DNA from: an uncultured Eubacteriales bacterium
GTDB taxonomy: Bacteria > Bacillota > Clostridia > Oscillospirales > CAG-272
Direction: 5' to 3'
Assembly (NCBI GenBank): GCA_934432725.1
Contig: CAKRZE010000001.1
Location: 207,031-271,030, forward strand
Length of the DNA stretch: 64,000 nucleotides
Part shown: one piece after another, positions 19,226 through 28,434 of the stretch
How the letters are laid out: each line of letters starts with the position of its first letter
How positions within the stretch are numbered: position 1 is the first letter of the stretch
Translations under genes and position numbers: made by a program
Notes under the pieces: model-generated
The model's input: only the letters and a program-made list of their open reading frames with translations
What the model was told of the DNA's origin: nothing
The model's database searches: none

Positions 19226-20071
19226 ATGAACTATTCTTTCGTCAAAATGCAGAGCGCAGGAAATGACTATATTTACCTTGACTGCATGGAGGGCATGCCG
19301 GAAAACCCGGGCGCCATGGCGCGCACACTGTCAAGGCGGCGTTTTTCGGTCGGCAGCGACGGGCTGGTTCTGATCTGCCCGTCACGGCGGGCTGACGCCG
19401 GAATGCGCATGTTCAACGCGGACGGCAGCGAGGGAAGCATGTGCGGAAACGCCGTCCGCTGTGTCGGAAAATACCTATATGACAGCGGCAAGGTTTTGAA
19501 AACATCGATCACGGTGGAAACCGAAAGCGGTATCCGTCAGCTTTGGCTGTCTCCCGGTTCGCTTCGCGCCCGCCCGGTATCGGCTGACATGGGCTTTGCG
19601 AGCTTCCGTCCGGAGGACATTCCGGCAGCTTCCGAGGCAAGCCTGATTGACAAAAGCATAATCGCCGCAGGAAAGCCGCTCCGCATCACCGCGCTTTCTG
19701 TCGGAAATCCCCATGCCGTTATCTTTTCGGAAGATTCCCGGGATCCGGACCCGACCAGTCTGGGACCCATACTGGAGCGTCATTCCCTGTTCCCGGATCG
19801 GACCAATGTGGAATTTGTCCGCATCCCGGCTTCAGGCACGCTTGCCGTTCGCGTATGGGAACGGGGAAGCGGAGAAACCATGGCTTGCGGAACAGGCGCA
19901 TGTGCCGCCGCTGCCGCCGCAGTCAGAACAGGCAGAATGCCGCCCTCGCTTCCGATTACGGTCCGGATGCCGGGAGGGGAGCTTACGGTTTTATGCAAGC
20001 CGGACTTCCGTCTGACTTTATCCGGCGTCTGCGAAACGGTGTATCGGGGTGAGGTCTCCTATCCGGAATAG
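19226..20071 (+). CDS. dapF: diaminopimelate epimerase
   Basis: ORF 19064-20071 trimmed to ATG 19226 (MNYSFVKMQSAGNDYIYLD). It carries the two catalytic Cys contexts (GSMCGNAVRC and ETMACGTGACAAA). Confidence 0.9.
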   Translation: MNYSFVKMQSAGNDYIYLDCMEGMPENPGAMARTLSRRRFSVGSDGLVLICPSRRADAGMRMFNADGSEGSMCGNAVRCVGKYLYDSGKVLKTSITVETESGIRQLWLSPGSLRARPVSADMGFASFRPEDIPAASEASLIDKSIIAAGKPLRITALSVGNPHAVIFSEDSRDPDPTSLGPILERHSLFPDRTNVEFVRIPASGTLAVRVWERGSGETMACGTGACAAAAAAVRTGRMPPSLPITVRMPGGELTVLCKPDFRLTLSGVCETVYRGEVSYPE

Positions 20072-20333
20072 TCCGTTTCGGACAGGAGTTTCCCCCATTC
20101 TGCCATAAAAGCCCCGCCCCGGAGGCTGCTGCCTGCGGGCTTTTCCGACCTTTTCAAGGCAGCATTCCAATACAAAGCAGAGGCAGCCGGGATGCGCTCC
20201 GTTTTGCAGCGAACGCCTCACAGGCGCATACCTCCTATCTTCCCTCCGCAGAAAATCCGCCATTTGTTCTCAAAAAGCCGCACCACATTACAGGAAAGGA
20301 ATACCGCGCCAAAGCAAACGCGCCGGTCATTTT

Positions 20334-21518
20334 ATGAAGATCAGTCTGAATATGCATTACAACGACCTCTCCAAGCGTTACCTTTTCTCCGAGGTCTCCT
20401 GCCGTGTCCGGCAATTTCAAAGCCTGCATCCCCATAAAAAACTTCTGCGTCTCGGAATCGGGGATGTCACGCTCCCCTTGACGGCAAGCATTACCTCTGC
20501 GATGCAGCTTGCCTGCTGTGAGCAATCGCTGAAAAGCGGATTTCACGGGTACGGTCCGGAAAACGGCTATGAGTTTCTCCGTGTTTCCGTTGTCTCCCTC
20601 TACCGGGAACGCGGCGTCATTCTTTCCCCCGATGAGATTTTCATCTCCGGCGGAGCCAAGGACGATCTCGGCAATCTGACCGAGCTTTTCGGCGACAGTC
20701 CGGTTTATCTGCCGGATCCTGCTTATCCCGCGTACCGGGACGTCAATCTTCTGCGCGGTGCCGAAATCATTGACATGGACGCCGGTGCGGAAAGCGATTT
20801 TCTTCCCATGCCGCAGAGCGGCTTCGGAACGGGAATCTATTATCTGTGCTCTCCCTCCAATCCGACAGGAGCCGTATTTTCGGAAAAGCAGCTGCGCACA
20901 TGGGTTGACTTTGCAAACCGCACCGGCTCTCTTCTTCTTTTTGATGCTGCGTACCGGGCATTCATTCACTCCCCCGTGCCGCATTCCGTCTTTGAAATCG
21001 CGGGCGCGCGCACCTGTGCGCTTGAGGTCTGCTCCTTCTCCAAAAGCGCCGGCTTTACGGGAACACGGTGCGGATATACGGTAATTCCGAAGGAGCTCGG
21101 GTGCGGCGATATGCTGCTTCACCGGATGTGGCAAAGAAGGCAGGCGGCAAAATCCAACGGTGTCGCTTACGTTGTACAGCGGGGAGCCGAAGCCGCGCTC
21201 TCTCCGGCAGGAAGAAAGGAATGCCGGGAAAACATTGCCTATTATATGGAAAATGCCAGTCTGATTCATGCCTTGCTGCAAAAGCACCGCATCCCCCACA
21301 GCGGCGGCACCGATTCTCCGTATATCTGGATGCAGTGCCCGGACGGTCTTGCCTCATGGGAGCTTTTCGACCTTCTGCTGAACCGGATTCAGGTGATCGG
21401 AACACCCGGAGCCGGCTTCGGACGGCGCGGTGAGGGTTACTTTCGTCTCTCTGCCTTCGGAAGCCATGAAGATACGGTTGAAGCGGTCAGGCGCATGGAC
21501 ACCCTTTTTTCAAAATGA
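20334..21518 (+). CDS. dapL: LL-diaminopimelate aminotransferase
   Basis: 394 aa. The N-terminus ...NDLSKRYLFSEVSCRV...LRLGIGDVTLPL and the PLP-Lys context SFSKSAGFTGTRCGY are typical of the DapL family. It is adjacent to dapF. Confidence 0.85.
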   Translation: MKISLNMHYNDLSKRYLFSEVSCRVRQFQSLHPHKKLLRLGIGDVTLPLTASITSAMQLACCEQSLKSGFHGYGPENGYEFLRVSVVSLYRERGVILSPDEIFISGGAKDDLGNLTELFGDSPVYLPDPAYPAYRDVNLLRGAEIIDMDAGAESDFLPMPQSGFGTGIYYLCSPSNPTGAVFSEKQLRTWVDFANRTGSLLLFDAAYRAFIHSPVPHSVFEIAGARTCALEVCSFSKSAGFTGTRCGYTVIPKELGCGDMLLHRMWQRRQAAKSNGVAYVVQRGAEAALSPAGRKECRENIAYYMENASLIHALLQKHRIPHSGGTDSPYIWMQCPDGLASWELFDLLLNRIQVIGTPGAGFGRRGEGYFRLSAFGSHEDTVEAVRRMDTLFSK

Positions 21519-21730
21519 CCCTCATTGCTGCATCGGCAAAAAGAAAAAGACTGTCCGCAGTCAAAATATCGGACCGCTCCTTGCCCCGCACAAAGTAAGG
21601 ACAGCCGGAGAACGCTCAAAATTGCTTTTCCGGTCAGACCAGAAGGCACCGCCTGAGCATAACCGTTATTTCCCCAAAACAAAGTGAATGCAGAACGGCA
21701 GCCGGGAGCGACCATGTCACACAAAACTCC

Positions 21731-21961
21731 GTGCCGGTATATCGGAACCCCGCCGTGCGGTTTTTCCGGCTTTTCGAAGTAAAATAAAAGGAGATGCCCG
21801 GATGCATCCCGCCAAAGACCCGTGTAAGCATAACAACCCCCGCTTTCGGAGATAACCGAAGCAAAAGCATCCGTACAAGCGCGTCCCACAAAGCCCATGC
21901 ACGCGTGCCGGAACCCCGCCGTGCGGCTTTTTATGCCGGTTGAAACAAAATAAAAGAGGAG
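21731..21961. repeat. two ~60-bp direct repeats in a 590-bp ORF-poor gap
   Basis: Copy 1 at 21731-21793 and copy 2 at 21905-21961 share GTGCCGG..GGAACCCCGCCGTGCGG(C)TTTTT..CCGG..GAA..AAAATAAAAG(A)GGAG. Confidence 0.6.
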
Positions 21962-22106
21962 CACGTGTCCGAAGACAAGTGCTCCCGTATCTGCGCACAG
22001 GGCACACGGCATATTCGGGACTGCATCCGCATTTGGAAAAGCGCCTGCCCGGGTTCCTTGCTTCAGGCAAGATTGATTCCGGAATGCGGACATGTCCCGG
22101 TCCCGC

Positions 22107-22997
22107 CTATTCCTCCGCAGAATCCGGAATCAGCTCTACCACAACAAGCTCCGGCGGGTTATTGACACGCGGAATGAAGCGGTATCCCGCAAGCCCCGAG
22201 GTGATGATCATCTGCATATGCGCTCCCAATCGGTAATATCCCTTGTCATACTCGGGAAACCACTCCTGCATCGGAGCATACAAGCCTCCCACAAACGGTA
22301 TCCGAATCAAGCCGCCGTGCGTATGTCCGCTGAACACAAGATCAACGTCCCAACGCAGAAAGGCTCCGTTGAAAATAAAGGTATCCGGCATATGCGCAAG
22401 GCATATTTTCGGTATATCGGTATGTTCAAAATCTGTAAGAAAGCGATATTCCGGAGACGCCTTGAATTCCTCCTCCGTTCTGCCAAAAGCAAAGCCGTGC
22501 CCCATAGTGCCCCCGATCCGGAGCGGCTGACCGGCTATCGTCACGTCCACATAGCTGTCGTTGACGACTACGGCCCCGGCCTCCGCCACCTGCGTAAGGA
22601 AGGAAGCATCGGCTTGCATGTATGTAAGCTCATGGTTACCGGGAGCAAAATAGACCGGTGCAATTTCGCAAAGCGCCTCCACCAGCCGAAGAAGCTTCTG
22701 CACGTCCGCCGCATCCGCGGTGCGATCAATCATGTCGCCGACGAGGAAGACCGCATCCGGAGTTTGTTCCCGGATTTTTGAGATCAGGCGGACGTTATCC
22801 CTGCCGAAGGATTTGCCGTGGAGATCGGAAATCAGAACAACACGAAGCGGAGCGAAAATTCCCTCAAGTGAGACACGGTAGGAGGACGTCCGGATGCAGA
22901 CGGCATCGAGGAAAACGGAAATTCCCAAAATCAAAACGATACCGGCTGTGAGAACGCAGAGAACATGTTTAACCCTTGTTTTGCGCAAGATATTCAT
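22107..22997 (-). CDS. membrane-anchored metallophosphoesterase (calcineurin-like)
   Basis: N-terminal TM helix, then the motifs ISDLHG, GDMID, GNHE and SGHTHGG. The start is uncertain (ATG 22997, 23021 or 23042). It is the last gene of the glycan operon. Confidence 0.8.
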   Translation of the reverse strand: MNILRKTRVKHVLCVLTAGIVLILGISVFLDAVCIRTSSYRVSLEGIFAPLRVVLISDLHGKSFGRDNVRLISKIREQTPDAVFLVGDMIDRTADAADVQKLLRLVEALCEIAPVYFAPGNHELTYMQADASFLTQVAEAGAVVVNDSYVDVTIAGQPLRIGGTMGHGFAFGRTEEEFKASPEYRFLTDFEHTDIPKICLAHMPDTFIFNGAFLRWDVDLVFSGHTHGGLIRIPFVGGLYAPMQEWFPEYDKGYYRLGAHMQMIITSGLAGYRFIPRVNNPPELVVVELIPDSAEE

Positions 22998-24108
22998 TGA
23001 TACAATTGACGATCCTTTCATAGTACGGAACCGCAAAATCACCCTTGTAGATCCCTGGCATCCCGTATAACTCCGGTATGCTTTTTAGCGCTTCCCCCGC
23101 ATCCTTACAATAACGGATAAAAGGAAACGCTTTCAGCCATCTGTAAGTCTCCCGAACCTTATGATTATAGTTGCTCAATGCAATACAGGGTGTCCCGGTG
23201 ATTGCGCAGAAAACCATGCCGTGCAGGCGGTCCGTTACTACAAGAGACGCGCTCTTGAACTGATCAAGCTTCTTCCGGAATATCTCTTCTCTTCTCTCAA
23301 ACGGAACGAATGGCTCCCCGGCGTGCATATCCGTATACACGACACCGTCCGTCAGCGAACGGCATTCACGCTCAATATTCTGTATATCGCTTTCCGAAAT
23401 GCTTTTTTCCCAATCGGAGCGAAAGCACAGCAATATTCCGCTTCTCTCCTTTTCGGGAAGCATACCGTTCAGAGACATCACAATATCCGGCGTCAAAAGA
23501 ATCTCCGTCTTCGGGAAAGCGTCCTTCATATTCCGGTATGATTCCTCTTCCCGTGCAATCAGCAAAAGATGCTTATTTTTTTCATAAATCTTCGCCGCAT
23601 GAGCCTTTTCTCTGCGTCCTCTCTCCGTGTCCGGAAAACACATTGTCTGCGGCATGGATACAATCAGCTGATCCTTATATCTTTTGATAATTTCTTCCCG
23701 GTGCTTTTCATGAAGAACCGTATTGCCGATGCTTCCGCCGCCGCGGAGAATAATCACATCGCCCGGGCGAATCTGCCGTGCTATTTCGCGCTCATAACGG
23801 GCATATACCGCTTCATAAATAAAGTGCTTCGGAATATCCGGATAGCATCGGTCGAAAAAGCGTTTTTCGGCAATCCCGATGGCAATGTCTCCGATATTAT
23901 CGTGTCCCTGTTCCAGTAAAAACCAGAAATTAACTCCTTGTGCACGTTGTACATTTCGCAGGCAATCTTCTGCGTCATTCAGACGGTAATTGACCTCATC
24001 GGCAAGGCGCTGCCAACGCTTTTCACAATAAGCGGAATACGGAAGGTATACAAGCTTATGCAAAACCTTGTTTTCCAAGCACAACCGTTTAACGAACTGT
24101 TTCAACAT
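22969..24108 (-). CDS. polysaccharide pyruvyl transferase family protein
   Basis: 379 aa. GHDNIGDIAIG, LRGGGSIGN and VVTDRLHGMVFCAITGTPCIAL are PS_pyruv_trans-type blocks. It overlaps the Wzt stop by 20 nt. Confidence 0.8.
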   Translation of the reverse strand: MLKQFVKRLCLENKVLHKLVYLPYSAYCEKRWQRLADEVNYRLNDAEDCLRNVQRAQGVNFWFLLEQGHDNIGDIAIGIAEKRFFDRCYPDIPKHFIYEAVYARYEREIARQIRPGDVIILRGGGSIGNTVLHEKHREEIIKRYKDQLIVSMPQTMCFPDTERGRREKAHAAKIYEKNKHLLLIAREEESYRNMKDAFPKTEILLTPDIVMSLNGMLPEKERSGILLCFRSDWEKSISESDIQNIERECRSLTDGVVYTDMHAGEPFVPFERREEIFRKKLDQFKSASLVVTDRLHGMVFCAITGTPCIALSNYNHKVRETYRWLKAFPFIRYCKDAGEALKSIPELYGMPGIYKGDFAVPYYERIVNCINEYLAQNKG

Positions 24109-25369
24109 TTTCTATCACCAGATCGGGCAGCTGCAAATATCCCCAATATGTTTTGTTCCACGCCAGTCTTGTTCCGCTTTCACTTTGCTGTATCAGAAAT
24201 GACGCTGCGTCCACAATCACATCCAGATGCTGTTCCGCACCGTATTCATTTATCAGATATATTGCCGGCTTCAGTTTATATTTTCCGGGCGCAAGACCGA
24301 TCAGGGGCATTCTGACACAAATGCTTTTCCCGTTGACCGTAAACGGCACAACTGTCGTTGCCATGGCAACCGGTGTATCATCGGCTGCATTCAGAACAAT
24401 CCGCAGCATCAGATCACTGCGCTTCTGAAAGGAATCCATCTGAATGGTAATCCGCATCTCATCCCCGGAAGAGTACGCGGCATTGGGTTTATCAAACCTT
24501 AGCTCCGTCATTTTCACAACGGGATTGTGCGGAACACCCGTGTGCTTCTTGCTTCTGAGATCAACCGTCTGCCGCAGCTCCTGAACCGCCGTCTGGGCAT
24601 AGATGTCTATCGCTTTTTCCACATCTCCGTCAAAAATGAGACTCCCGTGGTCAAGCACAAGGCACCTTGTGCAGAGCTGCCGGATTGTATTCATATTATG
24701 GCTGACATACAAAACCGTCCTGCCCTCCGCGCCTGCCGCATCGCCCATTTTGCCGAGGCACTTCTGCTGGAATTTCATGTCTCCGACCGCCAGCACCTCG
24801 TCCATGACCATGATCTCACTGTCAAGGTGCGCCGCAACGGCAAACGCAAGCTTGACGTACATGCCGGAGGAATAGCGCTTAACCGGCGTATCGATAAATT
24901 TCTCCATCTCCGCAAACTCCACAATCTGATCGAATTTGCGGTCAATTTCCGCTTTTGTCATTCCGAGAATCGCGCCGTTCATATAGACATTCTCCCGCCC
25001 GGTCAGCTCCGGGTGAAAGCCCGTGCCCACCTCCAGCATGGAGGCAATGCGCCCGTTATAGGAAATGGTTCCCTTTGTTGGAGCGGTCACGCGGGACAGA
25101 AGCTTCAGAAGCGTGGATTTTCCGGCGCCGTTGTGTCCGATGATGCCGAGCGCCTCCCCCTTTTTCACGGAAAAGGACACGTCCTTCAAGGCCTGAAAGC
25201 GTTCTCCGCGGCGCTTCTCCCCGCTGCTGCCGATCTGGCTGTTCGGATCCTCTCTGCCGCGGACCGAAGCCCACCAGCTCTGCAAATCGCCGCGCAGTGT
25301 TCCGCCTCCGATTGCACCCAGCCGATATTCCTTGGAGACGTGATCGATTTTGATTGCAAGTTCGTCCAT
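24089..25369 (-). CDS. glycopolymer ABC exporter ATP-binding protein (Wzt/TagH-like) with C-terminal extension
   Basis: Trimmed to ATG 25369 (MDELAIKIDHVSKEY, SD AGGGAAAAAAG). Walker A GHNGAGKST, signature YSSGM and Walker B IMVMDE are present. A ~180-aa extra C-terminal domain follows the NBD. Confidence 0.85.
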   Translation of the reverse strand: MDELAIKIDHVSKEYRLGAIGGGTLRGDLQSWWASVRGREDPNSQIGSSGEKRRGERFQALKDVSFSVKKGEALGIIGHNGAGKSTLLKLLSRVTAPTKGTISYNGRIASMLEVGTGFHPELTGRENVYMNGAILGMTKAEIDRKFDQIVEFAEMEKFIDTPVKRYSSGMYVKLAFAVAAHLDSEIMVMDEVLAVGDMKFQQKCLGKMGDAAGAEGRTVLYVSHNMNTIRQLCTRCLVLDHGSLIFDGDVEKAIDIYAQTAVQELRQTVDLRSKKHTGVPHNPVVKMTELRFDKPNAAYSSGDEMRITIQMDSFQKRSDLMLRIVLNAADDTPVAMATTVVPFTVNGKSICVRMPLIGLAPGKYKLKPAIYLINEYGAEQHLDVIVDAASFLIQQSESGTRLAWNKTYWGYLQLPDLVIENVETVR

Positions 25370-25379
25370 CTTTTTTCCC

Positions 25380-26240
25380 TCAGACCGTATCCATAAAGTT
25401 CTTTTCCACCCGGCTGAACAGCACCACGCCGATAAACAGGAGTACAAACGTGGTCCCCCATCCGATCAGGTAATAGTTCCATTCTACAGCACCCGTCCCC
25501 AGATAAGCATATCGGAACAGGTTGACAATGGGTGAGATCGGGTTGCACATATACAGCGCATGCCATCTGCCGCCCGGAGCAAAGACAGAAAAGCGGAACA
25601 TATCGTAAGCGATAGGCGAGCCGTACATCCAAAGCTGTACCCCAAAGCCCACAAGCATGGCAAGATCCCGGTATTTTGTGGTCAGTGCCGAAATAATGAT
25701 GCCGCAGCCGAGGCTGAGCATGGCAAGCTGAAGTACAATCAGCGGTGTCATCAGCATCCAAAGATTCGGATGAACCCCCTGCCCCGTCACAGCATAATAA
25801 ACCAAAAAGATCACAAGGAAGCAATATTGAATCGCAAGACCGATCAGCTCCGAAAATACCGTAGAGATCGGCATGACAAGACGGGGGAAATAAACCTTTC
25901 CCATCGTCGCACTGTTGGCAACAAAGGTATTCGCCGTCTGCGTCAGGCAGTTTGAAAAATATGTCCACAGAATCGTTCCGGCAAGATAAAAAACAAACGG
26001 CGGAACCCCATCAGGGGCAAGTCCGGCAATGTTGCCGAACACAAGCGTAAAAACCACGGTTGTCAGAAGCGGCTGAATAATCGCCCATGCAGGTCCTAAG
26101 ATCGTCTGCTTGTATTTGGACACAAAGTTTCGCTTGACGAAGAGAAAAATCAGGTCACGGTAAGCAAAGACCTCGCCAAGATGCAGATCAAACCAGCCGG
26201 TCTTGGGCTTGATCACCGTGGTAAAATGTTGTTCTTCCAT
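25380..26240 (-). CDS. ABC-2 type glycopolymer exporter permease (Wzm/TagG-like)
   Basis: 286 aa, 6 predicted TM helices. The N-terminus ...YRDLIFLFVKRNFVSKYKQTILGPAWAIIQP is typical of ABC-2 polysaccharide and teichoic-acid permeases. Confidence 0.85.
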   Translation of the reverse strand: MEEQHFTTVIKPKTGWFDLHLGEVFAYRDLIFLFVKRNFVSKYKQTILGPAWAIIQPLLTTVVFTLVFGNIAGLAPDGVPPFVFYLAGTILWTYFSNCLTQTANTFVANSATMGKVYFPRLVMPISTVFSELIGLAIQYCFLVIFLVYYAVTGQGVHPNLWMLMTPLIVLQLAMLSLGCGIIISALTTKYRDLAMLVGFGVQLWMYGSPIAYDMFRFSVFAPGGRWHALYMCNPISPIVNLFRYAYLGTGAVEWNYYLIGWGTTFVLLFIGVVLFSRVEKNFMDTV

Positions 26241-26254
26241 CGGAGCTCCTTTAT

Positions 26255-27427
26255 TTACAGCAATTCATACAGTTTTTTCAGAATCACGGCATTATCCGCT
26301 TCAAAGCTGTGACGCGCCAGCTCATCGCGATATCTTTGCAGAATTTGAGGGAAATTTCGCAAACGCTTCACGGAATCCGCGACAGACGCTGCATCTGTTT
26401 CGCAAAGCATCCCGTTCCTCCCGTTTTCTATCTGCTCTTCGGCTGCGCTTTTCGTCGCCAGAATGGGCACTCCCAGCAGCCGAGCCTCCAGCACCGTAAC
26501 GCTGTGCCCCTCAAACCGGCTGGACTGTACATACAGATCAGCCTGCCGGATATACGGATAGGGGTTCGACTGCATGCCGAGAAGCGTCATATGCTTTTCC
26601 ATGCCGCGCTGGCGGATCCGCTCCCGCAACGCTGCTTCCTCCGGTCCGCCGCCGACAATCCACCAGTGAATATCGGCAATGCCGTCCCCGACCAGCATGG
26701 CGCAGGCATCTACAGCAATGTCCATACCTTTTTCGGGTGAAAGCCGTCCGCAGGAAACAATGTGAAAGCCACCCTTCGGAAAAACCGTTCCCGGAACCTC
26801 AAGACTTTTTTTGCGCACGCCGTCCGCATCGATCAGGTTATTGACCGCGAGAATCTTATCCGCATATTGCGGGCGGAACTGTCGAAGCCTCTCCGCAAGC
26901 GACTCCGACACGGCGATGACTTTCTCCGCTTTTCTGTAACCGTATCCGTCGTGATACTCCTTACGCATTGCGCCGTGATGATAAAACATCAGAAACCGGT
27001 CTGCGGAAACCGCGCGGACTGCGGTCTCGGCTGCGCGGTCACTGTAAATCACAGCTGTATCAAAATGCTCGGAGGCAAGCTGCTTTTTGATATAAGCGGC
27101 ATAGCGCCTCGCTTCGGGCGCCCGCAGGGTCAGACACAAAATGCGCCAGATAAGCCGGCGAAGACCGGAGGCATTCTGCGGCTCCTCCATCAGGTTATAT
27201 ATCCGCTTGCAGGGATACGGCGCGGAAAAGGTCACGGGATGCTGCCTGTCGGAGACGATCAGACGGCACCTCGACGGAATGCGCGGCGCCAGCTCCCTGC
27301 TGTCTCGCAGGATCAGACAGGTCACATCATAGCGGTCGTAATCCAACCTGTTCAAAAGATTCACCAGCGCCGTTTCGATCCCGCCGATCCAAAGCGCTTC
27401 CGTGATAAAAATAAGCTTTTTTTTCAT
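26255..27427 (-). CDS. glycosyltransferase family 4
   Basis: 390 aa. GGIE near the N-terminus and the E-x7-E region SSRFEGHSVTVLEARLLGVPILAT. Its start overlaps the upstream stop (ATGA). Confidence 0.8.
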   Translation of the reverse strand: MKKKLIFITEALWIGGIETALVNLLNRLDYDRYDVTCLILRDSRELAPRIPSRCRLIVSDRQHPVTFSAPYPCKRIYNLMEEPQNASGLRRLIWRILCLTLRAPEARRYAAYIKKQLASEHFDTAVIYSDRAAETAVRAVSADRFLMFYHHGAMRKEYHDGYGYRKAEKVIAVSESLAERLRQFRPQYADKILAVNNLIDADGVRKKSLEVPGTVFPKGGFHIVSCGRLSPEKGMDIAVDACAMLVGDGIADIHWWIVGGGPEEAALRERIRQRGMEKHMTLLGMQSNPYPYIRQADLYVQSSRFEGHSVTVLEARLLGVPILATKSAAEEQIENGRNGMLCETDAASVADSVKRLRNFPQILQRYRDELARHSFEADNAVILKKLYELL

Positions 27428-28425
27428 TTTTCAAATCCGCTCTTTTCGGGCAGAAACTCCTTAAAGGCACCGCGCAGCCTTTCGCGGAGCTTCTCAAAAT
27501 TCACGCTCCGCTCGGGATCATTGATGCACAGCATATCGTGGCTCTGCTCCCGTATGATGCGGCACAGCCCGTCCACCGTGCTTTCATCGGCACAGGACAC
27601 GTAATTGTCCGTATTGAAGGGAGCAAACTGTCCGCTTGCCACCTGCCACCAGAGACACACCCATTGGTTCACATCATCGGCACTGCGGAAACGGTGAGCC
27701 GTTGTATGCGCCAAAAGCTCCGGCTCCGCGCGCCAGACCGCTTCAAATGTACTCTTGGTGTAAGCCGCAGGTGCGTGCAGGTTTTTAAAACCGGTAAAAT
27801 AATCGGGAAACAGCCGTTCAACCAGCCTTGTACGAAGGTTGTCCTGCCAGCGGTACGCACGGTTGACATATTTCCTGCCGTGTTTTTTTACCTGCTCGCG
27901 CTTGCAGAAATGCGCATTGATCACGCCCATATCATTCACCGCCGCATGCTGCCAGATGCCGATCTCTCCCACAAGCTCTATGGGGTGCTCCCCTCCGTAG
28001 GTACAGGGCAGACCATTCCTAAAAAAAGAGGTCGGAGGCGCGGGACGGAGCAGAAACGTGTCGTCATTAAAGTAAACAAAATGCTCCGCCAGCCCCGGAA
28101 TGCGGTGCAGATTCATCTCAATGGCGTGAGAACTGAAGGTGGGAAGCACCTCTGCCGGAAGAAACTCCGTGTGCTTCACATGATGAAGCTTCGGATGCTC
28201 CGTATTCAGAAACGAAGGAATATGTCCGCAGGTGACAAAATGAATCTTTCTCACCCACGGCGCAAAGTTCTCCACTGCGCGGAACCAGTACGGCATCAGC
28301 CCCCAATCCCGGAAGCGGTTGACGGAATTGCCGTCGTTTATCGTTTTGCTCTGGTATTTTGCCTTTTCCGCCTGCCAGACGGGATCGTTTCCGTCCACCC
28401 ACAGAACGACGAAATCAATGTCCAT
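27424..28425 (-). CDS. Stealth family hexose-1-phosphoryl transferase (CR1-CR3 present)
   Basis: CR1 is DIDFVVLWVDGNDP, CR2 is APWVRKIHFVTCGHIPSFL and CR3 is FSSHAIEMNLHRIPGLAEHFVYFNDDTFL. Confidence 0.8.
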   Translation of the reverse strand: MDIDFVVLWVDGNDPVWQAEKAKYQSKTINDGNSVNRFRDWGLMPYWFRAVENFAPWVRKIHFVTCGHIPSFLNTEHPKLHHVKHTEFLPAEVLPTFSSHAIEMNLHRIPGLAEHFVYFNDDTFLLRPAPPTSFFRNGLPCTYGGEHPIELVGEIGIWQHAAVNDMGVINAHFCKREQVKKHGRKYVNRAYRWQDNLRTRLVERLFPDYFTGFKNLHAPAAYTKSTFEAVWRAEPELLAHTTAHRFRSADDVNQWVCLWWQVASGQFAPFNTDNYVSCADESTVDGLCRIIREQSHDMLCINDPERSVNFEKLRERLRGAFKEFLPEKSGFEK

Positions 28426-28434
28426 ATGTACTCC

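Noticed and set aside
21437-22093. 218-aa minus-strand ORF filling the dapL to phosphoesterase gap.
   Set aside because: It has no SD, an odd composition, and repeated peptide strings that merely reflect the 60-bp DNA direct repeats. It is treated as non-coding.
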